64,000 bases of DNA from NCBI RefSeq assembly GCF_041886205.1, contig NZ_CP169029.1; one strand, given 5' to 3'. Origin of the DNA: Escherichia coli (lineage in GTDB: Bacteria > Pseudomonadota > Gammaproteobacteria > Enterobacterales > Enterobacteriaceae). Below are positions 1 to 14,630 of the stretch, in pieces; positions within the stretch are counted from its first letter, which is position 1; each line of letters begins with the position of its first letter. The notes below the pieces were generated by a model. The model was not told the origin of the DNA and searched no databases. It was given only the letters and a program-made list of their open reading frames with translations. The position numbers and the translations under genes were made by a program.

Positions 1-346
<346 letters not shown>

Positions 347-628
347 TCAGCACGCTGGCTCATGGATTAAGCACCTGATTGCAACCGTTTTCACTTTCCG
401 TGCTTCTCCTAAAGACAGAAGCATCGACTTCGTGTAGGGTTTGCCAGCAAATTTATTTATCAACCGTCTTACAGACGCTTCCATTCTGGTTAGTGGTAGC
501 GATAATGCTATGCATAAAAACCGTAAAGTCTGCGCCTGGCGCGGTCAGGTCGGTGTCGCTATGGCAACAAGCCTAAAGGCATAACCCGACAGGGATAAGA
601 CGAAAAATCCGAGATTAGTTAACCATAT

Positions 629-1786
629 ATGAACCCAGTACCCGCGCAACGTGAATATTTCCTCGACTCCATCCGCGCCTGGCTGATGTTGTTAGGGATC
701 CCTTTTCATATTTCTTTAATCTATTCGAGCCATACATGGCATGTGAATAGCGCCGAACCGTCATTGTGGCTGACCCTTTTTAATGACTTCATCCACTCGT
801 TCCGCATGCAGGTATTTTTCGTTATATCCGGCTACTTTTCCTACATGCTTTTTTTACGCTATCCCTTGAAAAAATGGTGGAAAGTACGTGTCGAACGTGT
901 AGGTATCCCGATGTTAACAGCCATCCCCCTACTGACATTGCCGCAATTTATTATGCTGCAATACGTCAAAGGGAAAGCGGAAAGTTGGCCTGGGCTGTCA
1001 TTGTATGACAAATATAATACGTTGGCCTGGGAATTAATATCACACCTGTGGTTTTTACTGGTGTTAGTGGTCATGACGACGCTGTGCGTATGGATATTTA
1101 AATGCATCAGAAATAATTTAGAAAATTCTGATAAAACGAATAAAAAATTCTCGATGGTAAAACTATCGGTGATTTTTTTGTGCCTCGGCATCGGTTATGC
1201 GGTAATAAGAAGAACGATTTTTATTGTGTATCCGCCCATTCTGAGTAATGGCATGTTCAATTTTATTGTCATGCAAACGCTATTTTATTTGCCGTTCTTT
1301 ATCCTCGGCGCACTGGCTTTCATTTTCCCTCATCTTAAAGCCTTGTTTACCACGCCGTCTCGTGGCTGTACCCTCGCTGCAGCATTGGCGTTTGTCACTT
1401 ATTTACTCAACCAGCGCTATGGCAGTGGCGATGCCTGGATGTACGAAACCGAGTCGGTGATCACCATGGTCCTCGGTCTGTGGATGGTGAATGTGGTCTT
1501 CTCCTTTGGCCACCGTTTGCTTAACTTCCAGTCAGCGCGGGTGACTTACTTTGTTAACGCATCGCTGTTTATCTATCTGGTTCACCACCCGTTAACGCTG
1601 TTTTTCGGCGCGTACATTACACCGCACATCACCTCCAACTGGCTTGGTTTTCTCTGTGGCCTGATATTCGTAGTAGGGATTGCGATAATTCTGTATGAAA
1701 TTCATTTACGCATCCCGTTACTGAAGTTTTTGTTCTCTGGGAAACCGGTTGTTAAGCGTGAGAACGATAAAGCACCAGCCCGTTAA
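629..1786 (+). CDS. opgC: Glucans biosynthesis protein C (OpgC/MdoC), membrane acyltransferase
   Basis: 385-aa ORF, polytopic hydrophobic protein recognised as OpgC; conserved position next to opgG. Confidence 0.9.
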   Translation: MNPVPAQREYFLDSIRAWLMLLGIPFHISLIYSSHTWHVNSAEPSLWLTLFNDFIHSFRMQVFFVISGYFSYMLFLRYPLKKWWKVRVERVGIPMLTAIPLLTLPQFIMLQYVKGKAESWPGLSLYDKYNTLAWELISHLWFLLVLVVMTTLCVWIFKCIRNNLENSDKTNKKFSMVKLSVIFLCLGIGYAVIRRTIFIVYPPILSNGMFNFIVMQTLFYLPFFILGALAFIFPHLKALFTTPSRGCTLAAALAFVTYLLNQRYGSGDAWMYETESVITMVLGLWMVNVVFSFGHRLLNFQSARVTYFVNASLFIYLVHHPLTLFFGAYITPHITSNWLGFLCGLIFVVGIAIILYEIHLRIPLLKFLFSGKPVVKRENDKAPAR

Positions 1787-1793
1787 GCCACGC

Positions 1794-3284
1794 TTACAAT
1801 AACCATTCCACGGGCAATATCGACGCCAGTCTGACCATAACCCGCTTCCAGAAACTGGTGGCGGGTTCTTTTTTGAGAATAATCTCTTTCTTTGCATGAC
1901 GATCAACCCAGTTGATCCGTCCCCACCTGTCCAGACGGAGCTGCCAGGCCGCATCATACTGGCTCTGAATAAAGCGTTTATCAATTAACTGTGCCAGCGT
2001 TTCGCTCTCTATCACGAAGCCCATTTCAGTATTGAGCAATGTTGAACGCGGATCGAAATTGAAAGAGCCGATAAACACCGTTTTACCATCGATGCTAAAG
2101 GTTTTAGCATGCAGGCTGGCACCGGAATTACCGGTTATGCCGCGATCGTGTAACGTACTACTTTGTTCACGCGTCGGCTTGAGTTCATATAATTCCACGC
2201 CATAGCGGAGCAATTTTTTGCGCCAGCGCGCGTATCCGGCATGGACGACAGCAACATCGTTAGCGGCAAGAGAATTGGTTAGGATCGCAATCTTTACCCC
2301 TTTTCTCACCATCCGTAAGAGTTGTGCCACACCTGCTCGTGTCGGTACAAAATAGGAAGAGATAATATCGATGCGTTCACTGGGTGAGCCCATGATATCG
2401 AACAGGCGCTGCGGTAACAGTGAATGCCGTTTTGCCTTGCCCTCCCCTTTCGCCGGATCATCACTTAATAAACGTGTTTTCGCCCAGATAAGCGGCAACG
2501 TTCCATCAACCAGATGATTTATAAACGGACTGGATTCCATTTTGCGTAAGTAACGATGCGTCATGGCATCGTTATGCCAGGAGGCGGGTAACTCGATGCG
2601 ATCCGCCATTTCACCTTCCGGGACATCCAGCACCTGCTGTAAGGGTGAAACCGATTTGCAATACCAGTAGCGGGCGAAATCATCGGCAACGTCCTCTACC
2701 ACGGGTCCTATTGCCATGACATCTAAATCCGAAAAAAGTGGCTCCTCCCCTGCTCCAAAATAGGCATCACCAATATTTCGTCCTCCCACCAGGGTCACCA
2801 CGCCATCGACAGTGAAACTTTTATTGTGCATACGGCGATTAAGACGGGAAAAGTCGGTGATATAACCAAGCGGACGCAGCAAGCGAAACGAGAAAGGATT
2901 AAAAAGCCGGACTTCAATGCGTGGATGACTGTCAAGCAAGCGTAAAATGTCGTCAAGTCCGGGCGTATTGTTGTCGTCCAGCAACAAACGGACGCGAACG
3001 CCACGCTTTGCTGCGGCTAACAGGGCGGAAAACAGTAACCGACCCGACATATCGTCCTGCCAGATGTAATACTGAACATCGAGCGTATGCTCTGCCATTT
3101 CGGCCAGACGATACCGGGCGGCAAACGCATCCAGACTTTTCTCCAGAGGAAAAAGGCCACACTGACCGGGATGTTGCGAACACAGTGGCAGCACCGCGCT
3201 CGCCAGCCGGGGCAAATCATTCATCTCCTTGTTGGGTAAGGAGTCTTTCGTAGAGGTGGGCGTTTTCTTCATCATAACAGACAA
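1794..3284 (-). CDS. clsC: Cardiolipin synthase C (PLD-family)
   Basis: 496-aa ORF with PLD-type HxK motifs ([15 protein letters not shown]); start may be internal (ATG near 3224); overlaps ymdB 3' end. Confidence 0.85.
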   Translation of the reverse strand: MSVMMKKTPTSTKDSLPNKEMNDLPRLASAVLPLCSQHPGQCGLFPLEKSLDAFAARYRLAEMAEHTLDVQYYIWQDDMSGRLLFSALLAAAKRGVRVRLLLDDNNTPGLDDILRLLDSHPRIEVRLFNPFSFRLLRPLGYITDFSRLNRRMHNKSFTVDGVVTLVGGRNIGDAYFGAGEEPLFSDLDVMAIGPVVEDVADDFARYWYCKSVSPLQQVLDVPEGEMADRIELPASWHNDAMTHRYLRKMESSPFINHLVDGTLPLIWAKTRLLSDDPAKGEGKAKRHSLLPQRLFDIMGSPSERIDIISSYFVPTRAGVAQLLRMVRKGVKIAILTNSLAANDVAVVHAGYARWRKKLLRYGVELYELKPTREQSSTLHDRGITGNSGASLHAKTFSIDGKTVFIGSFNFDPRSTLLNTEMGFVIESETLAQLIDKRFIQSQYDAAWQLRLDRWGRINWVDRHAKKEIILKKEPATSFWKRVMVRLASILPVEWLL

Positions 3285-3750
3285 AGTATACCTGTTCGGG
3301 TAAAGCGTGACGGGTAATAAATTCTGAAACGGTTTTTACTGCGATTTCAGCCGCTGCCGCACGAGGGTAACCATAAACCCCAGTACTGATTGCAGGAAAA
3401 GCCACTGACGTATAGCTGTTTGCCGCCACCAGTCGCAGGCTATTGAGATAGGCATCCTGCAAAAGCTGGTCTTCGTTTTGTTCACCACCACGCCAGACTG
3501 GCCCGACGGTGTGCACTACGGCTTTAGCGGGAAGATCGCCTGCAAGCGTAATAACGGCATGCCCCGTAGGGCAATCGCCCTGCTGTTGCCTGACTTTTAA
3601 ACAGGCATCCAGCAGGGCCGGACCCGCTGCGCGATGAATGGCCCCATCGACGCCGCCGCCTCCCATTAATGACGGATTAGCCGCATTCACAATCACATCA
3701 ACGGCCAGTTTGGTAATATCACCCTGCACAACATGAATACGCGTTTTCAT
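3217..3750 (-). CDS. ymdB: O-acetyl-ADP-ribose deacetylase, macrodomain protein YmdB
   Basis: 177-aa ORF starting [25 protein letters not shown] with [13 protein letters not shown] macrodomain motif. Confidence 0.9.
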
Positions 3751-3844
3751 AACGCCTCCTTACACCTTCTTGTTTCTTAAGTGTACAGCAGGCTTTTTGG
3801 TTAAATCGCATTTTTCTGCTCAGCAACGTGAGTTGTTCAGAAAC

Positions 3845-4608
<764 letters not shown>

Positions 4609-4620
4609 ATTCTTCTCCCG

Positions 4621-4645
4621 AAAAAAAACAGGGCTTGCGCCCTGT
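4621..4645 (-). terminator. Rho-independent terminator after csgA
   Basis: Hairpin ACAGGGC-TTGC-GCCCTGT at 4628-4645 preceded on the plus strand by an A8 run (T8 after the hairpin on the minus strand), about 22 nt after the csgA stop. Confidence 0.65.
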
Positions 4646-4666
4646 TTCTGTAATACAAATGATGTA

Positions 4667-5122
4667 TTAGTACTGATGAGCGGTCGCGTTGTTACCAAAG
4701 CCAACCTGAGTCACGTTGACGGAGGAGTTAGATGCAGTCTGGTCAACTGCAGCACCGTTGCCACCACCGAACTGTTTAACAGTCATTTCAGAATTTTTGC
4801 CGTTCCACTGATCAAGAGTAGCGCTGTTACCGAAGCCACGTTGGGTCAGATCGATTGAGCTGTCATCCGAGCCCTGACCAACATCTGCACCATTACCGCC
4901 GCCATGCTGGGTAATAGTCAAGTCAGAGTTACGGGCATCAGTTTGCAGAGCAAGTGCAGAGTTACCGCCACCGTACTGGTAAATGTTCAGCTCTGAATTT
5001 GGGCCGCTATTATTACCGCCACCACCGTGGTTACCGCCGCCGCCGTACTGAGGAACAACACCTGCCAGAGCGCTACCGGAGAATACGATTGCTGCAATTG
5101 CTGCTACTTTTAAAAGTTTCAT
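4667..5122 (-). CDS. csgA: Major curlin subunit CsgA
   Basis: 151-aa ORF with signal peptide and Gln/Asn/Gly-rich imperfect repeats (SELNIYQYGGGNSALALQTD...). Confidence 0.95.
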   Translation of the reverse strand: MKLLKVAAIAAIVFSGSALAGVVPQYGGGGNHGGGGNNSGPNSELNIYQYGGGNSALALQTDARNSDLTITQHGGGNGADVGQGSDDSSIDLTQRGFGNSATLDQWNGKNSEMTVKQFGGGNGAAVDQTASNSSVNVTQVGFGNNATAHQY

Positions 5123-5162
5123 GTAAAACCCCCATCGGATTGATTTAAAAGTCGAATGGAAA

Positions 5163-5618
5163 TTAACGTTGTGTCACGCGAATAGCCATTTGCGACTGTC
5201 TCTGCACTACAATTGCCGTTTTTTGAGTACCATACTGTGTAATATTTGCTTTATTACCAGAACCTTTCTGGATAATCATCGCAGTATTACCATAAGCACC
5301 TTGCGAAATACTGGCATCGTTTGCACTGCCCGCCTGATCAATATATGCAAGGTTATAATCTCCTGTCTGGTCAATCTTTGCCCGATTGCTACTACCTTCT
5401 TGCGCAACAACCGCCAAAAGTTTTGAGCCTCCCTGCCGTAACTGAGCACTATTATTCGTCCCAGCTTGACCAATTATGGCTGCCTGATTAAATGAAGACT
5501 TACTCAATTCATTTACCGCGAAGTTATATTCTGAATTAGCTAAATCATAACCTGCTGCGGCTGCAATCCCAGGCGCACCCAGTATTGTTAACATCATAAA
5601 TAACAATTTGTTTTTCAT
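5163..5618 (-). CDS. csgB: Minor curlin nucleator CsgB
   Basis: Start taken at MKNKLLFMMLTILGAPGIAAA (151 aa); curlin repeat units. Confidence 0.9.
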   Translation of the reverse strand: MKNKLLFMMLTILGAPGIAAAAGYDLANSEYNFAVNELSKSSFNQAAIIGQAGTNNSAQLRQGGSKLLAVVAQEGSSNRAKIDQTGDYNLAYIDQAGSANDASISQGAYGNTAMIIQKGSGNKANITQYGTQKTAIVVQRQSQMAIRVTQR

Positions 5619-6371
5619 GTTGTCACCCTGGACCTGGTCGTACATTTAAGAAATTAAATCATTTCAACTTGGTTGTTAACGCAACCTGTATTTTGTTAAC
5701 GCTGCGTTACGATGGAAAGTATGTCTGCGGAAATATTTTTAATAACTCACCCGCGCGTTGTATTTTTCTTTTTTTGTTCATACCAAAGTATTAAAACCCA
5801 CGTAAATACGCTGTTATCTACGCAAAAAATATTTTGTTTTCTTTTAAATCTCCGTTTTCCGCTATCAAAAATCACCAGACAGTCATTTTTCTTGCCCGTC
5901 GCTGATTGCTGCGATATGTCTTGCGCACAAGCCGTGACAAACCTCGTCTTTTTGCAGTAAAAAATTGTCCACGGAGGTGCGGAGAAAAAACAAGAACGTT
6001 TTACGTGACGAAAGGACTACACCGAAATATTTTTTATATGTATTATTAGTAAGTTATCACCATTTGTATGATTTTTTAAAATTGTGCAATAAAAACCAAA
6101 TGTACAACTTTTCTATCATTTCTAAACTTAATAAAACCTTAAGATTAACATTTTAATATAACGAGTTACATTTAGTTACATGTTTAACACTTGATTTAAG
6201 ATTTGTAATGGCTAGATTGAAATCAGATGTAATCCATTAGTTTTATATTTTACCCATTTAGGGCTGATTTATTACTACACACAGCAGTGCAACATCTGTC
6301 AGTACTTCTGGTGCTTCTATTTTAGAGGCAGCTGTCAGGTGTGCGATCAATAAAAAAAGCGGGGTTTCATC
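5619..6371. promoter_or_regulatory. csgB-csgD divergent intergenic regulatory region
   Basis: About 750 bp AT-rich non-coding spacer between divergent csgBAC and csgDEFG; known in E. coli as a heavily regulated promoter region; individual sites not mapped here. Confidence 0.6.
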
Positions 6372-7022
<651 letters not shown>

Positions 7023-7026
7023 AGCC

Positions 7027-7416
7027 ATGAAACGTTATTTACGCTGGATTGTGGCGGCAGAATTTCTGTTCGCCGCAGGGAATCTTCACGCCGTTGAGGT
7101 AGAAGTCCCGGGATTGTTAACTGACCATACTGTTTCATCTATTGGCCATGATTTTTACCGAGCCTTTAGTGATAAATGGGAAAGTGACTATACGGGTAAC
7201 TTAACGATTAATGAAAGGCCCAGTGCACGATGGGGAAGCTGGATCACTATAACGGTCAATCAGGACGTTATTTTCCAGACTTTTTTATTTCCGTTGAAAA
7301 GAGACTTCGAGAAAACTGTCGTCTTTGCACTGATTCAAACTGAAGAAGCACTAAATCGTCGCCAGATAAATCAGGCGTTATTAAGTACGGGCGATTTGGC
7401 GCATGATGAATTCTAA
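7027..7416 (+). CDS. csgE: Curli secretion specificity factor CsgE
   Basis: 129-aa ORF with signal peptide, immediately after csgD. Confidence 0.9.
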
Positions 7417-7440
7417 ATAAAAAATTGTTCGGAGGCTGCA

Positions 7441-7857
7441 ATGCGTGTCAAACATGCAGTAGTTCTACTCATGCTTATTTCGCCATTAAGTTGGGCTGGA
7501 ACCATGACTTTCCAGTTCCGTAATCCAAACTTTGGTGGTAACCCAAATAATGGCGCTTTTTTATTAAATAGCGCCCAGGCACAAAACTCGTATAAAGATC
7601 CGAGCTATAACGATGACTATGGTATTGAAACACCCTCAGCGTTAGATAACTTTACTCAGGCCATCCAGTCACAAATTTTAGGTGGGCTACTGTCGAATAT
7701 TAATACCGGTAAACCGGGCCGCATGGTAACCAACGATTATATTGTCGATATAGCCAACCGCGATGGTCAATTACAGTTGAACGTGACAGATCGTAAAACC
7801 GGACAAACTTCGACAATCGAAGTGTCGGGTTTACAAAATAACTCAACCGATTTTTAA
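7441..7857 (+). CDS. csgF: Curli assembly protein CsgF
   Basis: 138-aa ORF with signal peptide; operon position. Confidence 0.9.
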   Translation: MRVKHAVVLLMLISPLSWAGTMTFQFRNPNFGGNPNNGAFLLNSAQAQNSYKDPSYNDDYGIETPSALDNFTQAIQSQILGGLLSNINTGKPGRMVTNDYIVDIANRDGQLQLNVTDRKTGQTSTIEVSGLQNNSTDF

Positions 7858-7883
7858 GCCCCAGCTTCATAAGGAAAATAATC

Positions 7884-8717
7884 ATGCAGCGCTTATTTCT
7901 TTTGGTTGCCGTCATGTTACTGAGCGGATGCTTAACCGCCCCGCCTAAAGAAGCCGCCAGACCGACATTAATGCCTCGTGCTCAGAGCTACAAAGATTTG
8001 ACCCATCTGCCAGCGCCGACGGGTAAGATCTTTGTTTCGGTATACAACATTCAGGACGAAACCGGGCAATTTAAACCCTACCCGGCAAGTAACTTCTCCA
8101 CTGCTGTTCCGCAAAGCGCCACGGCAATGCTGGTCACGGCATTGAAAGATTCTCGCTGGTTTATACCGCTGGAGCGCCAGGGCTTACAAAACCTGCTTAA
8201 CGAGCGCAAGATTATTCGTGCGGCACAAGAAAACGGTACGGTTGCCATTAATAACCGAATCCCGCTGCAGTCTTTAACGGCGGCAAATATCATGGTCGAA
8301 GGTTCAATTATCGGTTATGAAAGCAACGTCAAATCGGGCGGGGTTGGGGCAAGATATTTTGGGATCGGTGCCGACACGCAATACCAGCTCGATCAGATTG
8401 CCGTGAACCTGCGCGTCGTCAATGTGAGTACCGGTGAGATCCTCTCCTCGGTGAACACCAGTAAGACGATACTTTCCTATGAAGTTCAGGCCGGGGTTTT
8501 CCGCTTTATTGACTACCAGCGCTTGCTGGAAGGGGAAGTGGGTTACACCTCGAACGAACCCGTTATGCTGTGCCTGATGTCGGCTATCGAAACAGGGGTC
8601 ATTTTCCTGATTAATGATGGTATTGACCGTGGTCTGTGGGATTTGCAGAACAAAGCAGAACGGCAGAACGACATTCTGGTGAAATACCGCCATATGTCGG
8701 TTCCACCAGAATCCTGA
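7884..8717 (+). CDS. csgG: Curli secretion channel lipoprotein CsgG
   Basis: 277-aa ORF with lipoprotein signal (LLSGC); operon position. Confidence 0.9.
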   Translation: MQRLFLLVAVMLLSGCLTAPPKEAARPTLMPRAQSYKDLTHLPAPTGKIFVSVYNIQDETGQFKPYPASNFSTAVPQSATAMLVTALKDSRWFIPLERQGLQNLLNERKIIRAAQENGTVAINNRIPLQSLTAANIMVEGSIIGYESNVKSGGVGARYFGIGADTQYQLDQIAVNLRVVNVSTGEILSSVNTSKTILSYEVQAGVFRFIDYQRLLEGEVGYTSNEPVMLCLMSAIETGVIFLINDGIDRGLWDLQNKAERQNDILVKYRHMSVPPES

Positions 8718-8725
8718 CAGATAAA

Positions 8726-8795
8726 AATGCCGGAATTAATAATCCGGCATTTTACTGTTTAAGCGAAAGCGTGAGTGCCCCTCACGCTTTATTTT
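8726..8795. terminator. Tandem hairpins between convergent csgG and ycdZ
   Basis: ATGCCGGA-ATTAATAA-TCCGGCAT (8726-8750) followed by TTTTACTGTTT, then GCGTGAG-TGCCCC-TCACGC followed by TTTATTTTT. Confidence 0.5.
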
Positions 8796-9273
8796 TGATT
8801 TCCTGCTCACGGTGAGCCGTCTTTGCACTACGCGCCGCCAACCACAGGCCGCTGTTTTTCATTGCGTAACCAAATACCAGCCCAAGCGCCAGCGAAGGTA
8901 ACACCAGTTTCCAGTCACCCTGCCCGGCAAACGTCGCGCATGCGCCTATAAACGTCCCCGGAACAAATGAAAGCAGCAGCTGTTTGGCCTGAATACACAT
9001 CAGAAACGCCACAATACCGGTTATGACATAACCGAGAATTTCCAGATGTGGTGCCAGTGCACTACCGTAAATAATGACCATCGCCCACACCACGCCACTA
9101 AGCAGGGTTGCAGCGGAGATCGCCAGCCCTTTCAGCCCACCTTGCGGGCAGGCAAAGTAGGCCGTACAGCCCAGGAAGCCCGCCCAGCTTAGTAAGCCCA
9201 GGGAAACAGCCACCCATCCCCAGATACCGGAGAGAATGCCTGTTGTGATTGCAATAGAGAGAAGTATGTTCAT
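8782..9273 (-). CDS. ycdZ: Inner membrane protein YcdZ
   Basis: Start taken at MNILLSIAITTGILSGIWGW (163 aa), multi-TM. Confidence 0.8.
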   Translation of the reverse strand: MNILLSIAITTGILSGIWGWVAVSLGLLSWAGFLGCTAYFACPQGGLKGLAISAATLLSGVVWAMVIIYGSALAPHLEILGYVITGIVAFLMCIQAKQLLLSFVPGTFIGACATFAGQGDWKLVLPSLALGLVFGYAMKNSGLWLAARSAKTAHREQEIKNKA

Positions 9274-9374
9274 GCCGCGCATGATAGCAGAAAACGCGGC
9301 CATGAATGAGATCGAGCACACATTTTATGCAACAACAAATTATCTGTTGCAGTTATGAGTGACGATGATCACAT

Positions 9375-9929
9375 TTACTCTTCAGAATCTTCTTCCAGCT
9401 CGTCCCACATTGCACTAATGGCATCACGGGTTAGCGGTGCCATGGTGCGCCAGAAAGGCGTGGTTGCATGGGCCTCCACTTTGCCGAGGAACGCACCACA
9501 CCAGGGTAACAGATACTCACTGAACAGTGTTTCCAGTGCTTCGCTCTCATCTTCCGTTGACTGATCTTCCAGCCAGGAAGCCGCAAGCAGCAATGTGCCG
9601 ATGTGATCGGCTGGCGTATCCGCCAGTGGCATCCCTCGTTCGGAAAGAAAAGCGCGCACTTCCGCTTCCGTTGCGTCCTCAACCCATGCGCTACGATATG
9701 GCGGCACGGCACATTCATCGCCGATAAACAACGCATTGTAATCGGCAGAGACTTGCGCCATATCACAGCTTTTCTGTAAACGCGTCAATAGCTCATCCTG
9801 CTCCAGTGGCCAGTTCGCAGCCAGTTTCCCCTCACGAATCAGGGTAAACAGCGGCACCAGTAAAGGATCTTGCGGTTGGCGGTAATAGAGCGAACCCAGC
9901 ACACGACAGAGGATAGAAAACTCGTTCAT
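9375..9929 (-). CDS. ycdY: TorD-family redox enzyme maturation chaperone YcdY
   Basis: 184-aa ORF MNEFSILCRVLGSLYYRQPQDPLL...; conserved synteny with ycdX. Confidence 0.85.
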   Translation of the reverse strand: MNEFSILCRVLGSLYYRQPQDPLLVPLFTLIREGKLAANWPLEQDELLTRLQKSCDMAQVSADYNALFIGDECAVPPYRSAWVEDATEAEVRAFLSERGMPLADTPADHIGTLLLAASWLEDQSTEDESEALETLFSEYLLPWCGAFLGKVEAHATTPFWRTMAPLTRDAISAMWDELEEDSEE

Positions 9930-9952
9930 TAATATATTTCCATTACTAGTAA

Positions 9953-10690
9953 TTAAAGGTCTGCAAATTCCGCAATCGGTGCCATACCGCGAGATTCAAG
10001 GAAGTTCAGTAAGCGGCGCGGAGAAACATTCAAAATGCGCTCTGGCGGAAAATCTACCGCGTCGAGGATTTTAAGACACTCTTCAAATTCCCCCATGGTA
10101 AACGCGGTGTGAGAATCCGAGCCTAATGCCACCCAACCTCCAGCATCACGTACCGCTGCGGCTACCGCATGACAGTTGTCTTCACTGCCCTTACGTGAGT
10201 GTAAAAATGAAGAATTATTGATTTCCAGCGCCACCTGATGTTTCGCGGCTGCTTCAGCAACGGCTTTCACATCTATTTCATATTTGGGATTTCCGGGATG
10301 GCTTATTATATGCACATTGCCGCTGGCGATAGTGGCGATCATCGCTTGTGTATTGGTCGCTTTGTCATGTGGTGCAAAAACCGGCTCATGAAAACCGGCA
10401 ATAATCAGATCCAGCGAGTCAAACATTTTACCGCTGCAATCAATTTCACCATCAACATTTTTAATGTTAGCTTCGATGCCGCGCAGGATCCCTACCCCAT
10501 CAACCACTCGCGGCCAGATACGCATGTTAATGAAGTGCCAGTGATGCGGAGCATCTTCCATATCCGGGCCATGATCGGTGATCGCAAAAAGTTTAATGCC
10601 CTTTTGTTTGGCCTGGGCAATGTAATCACTCAATGTGCTATATGCATGTGTGCTGGCAACGGTATGCATATGAAGGTCGACGGGATACAT
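9953..10690 (-). CDS. ycdX: PHP-domain zinc phosphatase YcdX
   Basis: 245-aa ORF starting [20 protein letters not shown] (PHP His-rich motifs). Confidence 0.85.
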   Translation of the reverse strand: MYPVDLHMHTVASTHAYSTLSDYIAQAKQKGIKLFAITDHGPDMEDAPHHWHFINMRIWPRVVDGVGILRGIEANIKNVDGEIDCSGKMFDSLDLIIAGFHEPVFAPHDKATNTQAMIATIASGNVHIISHPGNPKYEIDVKAVAEAAAKHQVALEINNSSFLHSRKGSEDNCHAVAAAVRDAGGWVALGSDSHTAFTMGEFEECLKILDAVDFPPERILNVSPRRLLNFLESRGMAPIAEFADL

Positions 10691-10744
10691 AACTCTCTCC
10701 TGTATTCAATTCCCGCCAAGGATAGCAGGAATCCTGATGCTTTA

Positions 10745-11722
<978 letters not shown>

Positions 11723-11916
11723 TTATCGTTATGATCTACAAAGGCCACCAGCATAACAAATCCGTGGTCGGTGGCAAAAAAAGCAGATTTCGCTTATTAA
11801 AACCACACATTGATTGAAGTTTGAATAAACGCGCGATTTTTTCAAAAAGTTTGTTGACCTCAGGTCGTGATTTCCCTAAATTAGCGCCCGTTCCAGCAAG
11901 ACAGGAACGACAATTT

Positions 11917-12004
11917 GGTGAGGTGTCCGAGTGGCTGAAGGAGCACGCCTGGAAAGTGTGTATACGGCAACGTATCGGGGGTTCGAATCCCCCCCTCACC
12001 GCCA
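11917..12004 (+). tRNA. serX: tRNA-Ser (GGA anticodon, long variable arm)
   Basis: 88-nt sequence GGTGAGGTGTCCGAGTGGCTGAAGGAGCACGCCTGGAAAGTG...GGTTCGAATCCCCCCCTCACCGCCA with acceptor stem, D and T arms, CCA end; marks the island boundary. Confidence 0.9.
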
Positions 12005-12153
12005 GATTACAAGCGCATGTTATTGTTTAACATGCACTTTTTTATTTATCCTTCCAGGCAGTATGCCACCGGGTATGCCATTTGAAATCGGTTTATATGC
12101 CCCACGATCATATCTTATCGGACAATTTCCGATCTTTGAGCATACTGGCAAAG

Positions 12154-12996
12154 CTATACTGCCAGCATGTCAGGATAGTGTTTTGCGATAATATCATTCA
12201 GTCTGTCAACCAGTTCTGGCTTCCTGAACGTGATGTGCGCAGAGCCCTTCTTAAAGTATTTAATAATGAACATCTCATCTTCATAGCATTCTTTTCCCTG
12301 AAGAGACCGGATGTGATCGTCCAGATGAATAGTTATGTTTTCCCTGTTGTCGGGGATCGGTTTGCCGCTGAACAGATGCAGCATTCTTTCTAGGTCGGCA
12401 AGTCTATCTGCCTGTTGCCCGGTGATAAGATGCAATCCCCACCGGTCCCACCTCACCAGATTGTTGACGATAATTTTATTGCCAAATTTACAGGGGCAAT
12501 TGGTTTTGTAATTCCAGCTCAACCCTCTGAAGAGGTTGATCACTCCTCGCTCAAACACTTCATCCTTATTCTGGTGTAGCTGCTCAAACGTACTCAGAAT
12601 ATTCTCTTCACTGATTTCCGGAAAATTATCGTACTCCAGTGACCGGTACCATGTATCACGGGCCTGTGCATCCATTAAGGAAAGCATCCCGGAGCATTGC
12701 ATCAGGTCACGCCAGATTTCGCGATCGAGATTGCGGGTGATAGCTTTCATTGCTGTATCAGGTTTATCCATGAGCCAGCAGCCGCAGCGAAAATCCTGTT
12801 TCATGGCCCAGTCCAGTGCGGTTTTACCGCCAATACTTTCTGTCATTGCTGATATTTCAGTCAGTTGCCGGATAAGTGTGTCGATTTGCAGCAGTGTAGT
12901 CTTTCGCACAGCCAGAATGTGGCGGATACTGGTTGAGCAGATAACGTCCGTATGCCCGTTGACCACTTCCGGACGGGCGATTGTGATGCCTGACAT
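12154..12996 (-). CDS. DUF4942-like protein of CP4-type prophage remnant
   Basis: 280-aa ORF directly downstream of the cbtA-like toxin and YeeW-like gene, the usual position of this family; family assignment from memory, not searched. Confidence 0.55.
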   Translation of the reverse strand: MSGITIARPEVVNGHTDVICSTSIRHILAVRKTTLLQIDTLIRQLTEISAMTESIGGKTALDWAMKQDFRCGCWLMDKPDTAMKAITRNLDREIWRDLMQCSGMLSLMDAQARDTWYRSLEYDNFPEISEENILSTFEQLHQNKDEVFERGVINLFRGLSWNYKTNCPCKFGNKIIVNNLVRWDRWGLHLITGQQADRLADLERMLHLFSGKPIPDNRENITIHLDDHIRSLQGKECYEDEMFIIKYFKKGSAHITFRKPELVDRLNDIIAKHYPDMLAV

Positions 12997-13309
12997 AATC
13001 GGTTTTCCTTTCTGTTTATAAATGAAAACGCCAGCCGTATTCAGGCTGGCGTCGGGGGAATGAAGTGTGGTGAGAAAGATAATGAGTGAAACTCACCGGT
13101 TCAGGTGCTGAAACTGCAGATGGCGCAGAGTTCGGACATCCTGTCGCGCCTGTTCGATACAGGGCAACAGTGCTGCCGAATCCGTTTTATCCTCATCGTT
13201 GTCAAAGATAATTTCCGATTCGCAGTCAATATTGTCCTGCAGCCACGCAATCAGAATATCCAGCGCCGTTTCTGTGGTTAATAATTTCATCCAGTGTCTT
13301 TTGTCCTGA

Positions 13310-13798
13310 TTACCAGTCGAAAGTGGGGAACCCCGGCAGACATTCTGCGCTGGCGTCCAGATGAATGAGACTGACGCCATAACGCCGGGTGAGTGTGACA
13401 ACCAGACGACGGAACGTTTTTGACAGGCCCAGGCGCTTAAGCCGCAGAACCGGGTATGACCACGCATCGGTACGTAACAGATAGCCGCTACCTGTGAAAT
13501 GAATCCATTCTGATTCACCAACGTCACTGGTCTGGTGTGACAGCGAGTACAACCAGGCGTTGTCCGTTTCCGTGATATGTGCGGTACTGCAGCGTATGCC
13601 GGCAAGGGTTGCAAATGGCGGAGGTGTGCAGGTTGACTGTTGGTCGGATTCCTCCACCACACGGAGTGAATAACCGTTTTCAGCGACGTTATTAATCAGT
13701 TCAGTGAGATTAACACCATCGACGTCAACGACAATGCGCCCCATGTTCAGTGCCTGCACGTTAACGCTGTCAGCTTCCAGCGTCAGGGCCAGTTTCAT
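13310..13798 (-). CDS. YeeW-like protein
   Basis: 162-aa ORF starting [36 protein letters not shown], overlaps cbtA stop by 4 bp. Confidence 0.5.
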   Translation of the reverse strand: MKLALTLEADSVNVQALNMGRIVVDVDGVNLTELINNVAENGYSLRVVEESDQQSTCTPPPFATLAGIRCSTAHITETDNAWLYSLSHQTSDVGESEWIHFTGSGYLLRTDAWSYPVLRLKRLGLSKTFRRLVVTLTRRYGVSLIHLDASAECLPGFPTFDW

Positions 13799-14172
13799 CG
13801 TTTCGCCTCCTGATACTTACCCAGGGTAATGTTATTTACCGTTCGGTAATTGTCGCGGGTCATCAGGCCAGTCGCCCGGCGAGCCCGGAGGATATCGATG
13901 CTGTTTATTAACTGAGAGCGGGTACAGGCACTGAATTCCGGCTGGTCGGTACGCACCAGCGCGTATTTTTCCACGAGAAAATTCACCGCATCACACAGTG
14001 AAATGCCTGCCTCAATATGCTGCTCAATCACACGTTCATCGGCAAACGGTGTGTCATTCAGTGTAAGGCCGTAATGCTGGCCCAGTAGTCGGGAGAGCAG
14101 AGTCTGCCAGATGGTGACGGGAGACGGGCAGCTCGATGCCTCCCGTACGTGTGTATCGGGTAATGTTTTCAT
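13795..14172 (-). CDS. cbtA: Type IV toxin CbtA/YeeV family (cytoskeleton-inhibiting toxin)
   Basis: 125-aa ORF ...[54 protein letters not shown]... matches YeeV/YkfI/YpjF family. Confidence 0.85.
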   Translation of the reverse strand: MKTLPDTHVREASSCPSPVTIWQTLLSRLLGQHYGLTLNDTPFADERVIEQHIEAGISLCDAVNFLVEKYALVRTDQPEFSACTRSQLINSIDILRARRATGLMTRDNYRTVNNITLGKYQEAKR

Positions 14173-14261
14173 ACTGAAGGTTTTCCTGATATGCAGAGAT
14201 GAAAAATGGAAAAGTGGCGTGGTGAAAGCACCAGGCCGGAGCAGAAGGTTATTCCGGTGGT

Positions 14262-14630
14262 TTACTTTTTCGTTTCGGGCGTCGGATAAACAGCCAGATA
14301 AACGTAACCACCGCTACCGAGAGTGTCAGCTTTGCAGGTCAGACCTTTTGCATACAGCGTGACGGTATGCTGATGGCGGGGATTCAGTTCACCGCTGGTG
14401 AGCATGAGTTCCAGTTGTTTCATCAGCAGCGGAAAGGCCTGGTCCAGGTGGTACGCATCTGCATCGCTGAACAGGCCTCTGATACCGGCGCGGTCGGCAA
14501 GGTAATGCAGGCGGTTACCCTCCTGCACCAGACGTGCCCCGAAACAGGGCGTCACGGTGCAGGGCAGCCCCCACCAGAGGCGGTCGTGATTGTCGTCGGG
14601 AAGTATTGTCCCGGGGAGTGTGTCTGACAC
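14262..14630 (-). CDS. cbeA: Type IV antitoxin CbeA/YeeU family
   Basis: 122-aa [55 protein letters not shown]... matches YeeU/YafW/YfjZ family. Confidence 0.85.
   Translation of the reverse strand: MSDTLPGTILPDDNHDRLWWGLPCTVTPCFGARLVQEGNRLHYLADRAGIRGLFSDADAYHLDQAFPLLMKQLELMLTSGELNPRHQHTVTLYAKGLTCKADTLGSGGYVYLAVYPTPETKK

Noticed and set aside
379-576. 65-aa ORF in the opgG-opgC intergenic region
   Set aside because: Lies in a divergent promoter region, Cys/Leu-rich with no homolog recognised; more likely non-coding.
4667-5645. Repetitive Gly/Asn/Gln-rich units in csgA and csgB as possible DNA repeat array or CRISPR
   Set aside because: These are imperfect coding repeats of the curlin amyloid fold, not spacer-repeat architecture; no CRISPR array is present anywhere in the window.
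12005-12153. Expected integrase gene immediately adjacent to the tRNA-Ser 3' end
   Set aside because: Looked for and not found; the adjacent gene is the distal end of the CP4-type module, and no tyrosine-recombinase-like ORF occurs in the window.
13093-13662. 189-aa minus-strand ORF overlapping the YeeW-like gene in another frame
   Set aside because: Overlaps a better-supported frame that is directly coupled to the cbtA stop; no recognisable features.
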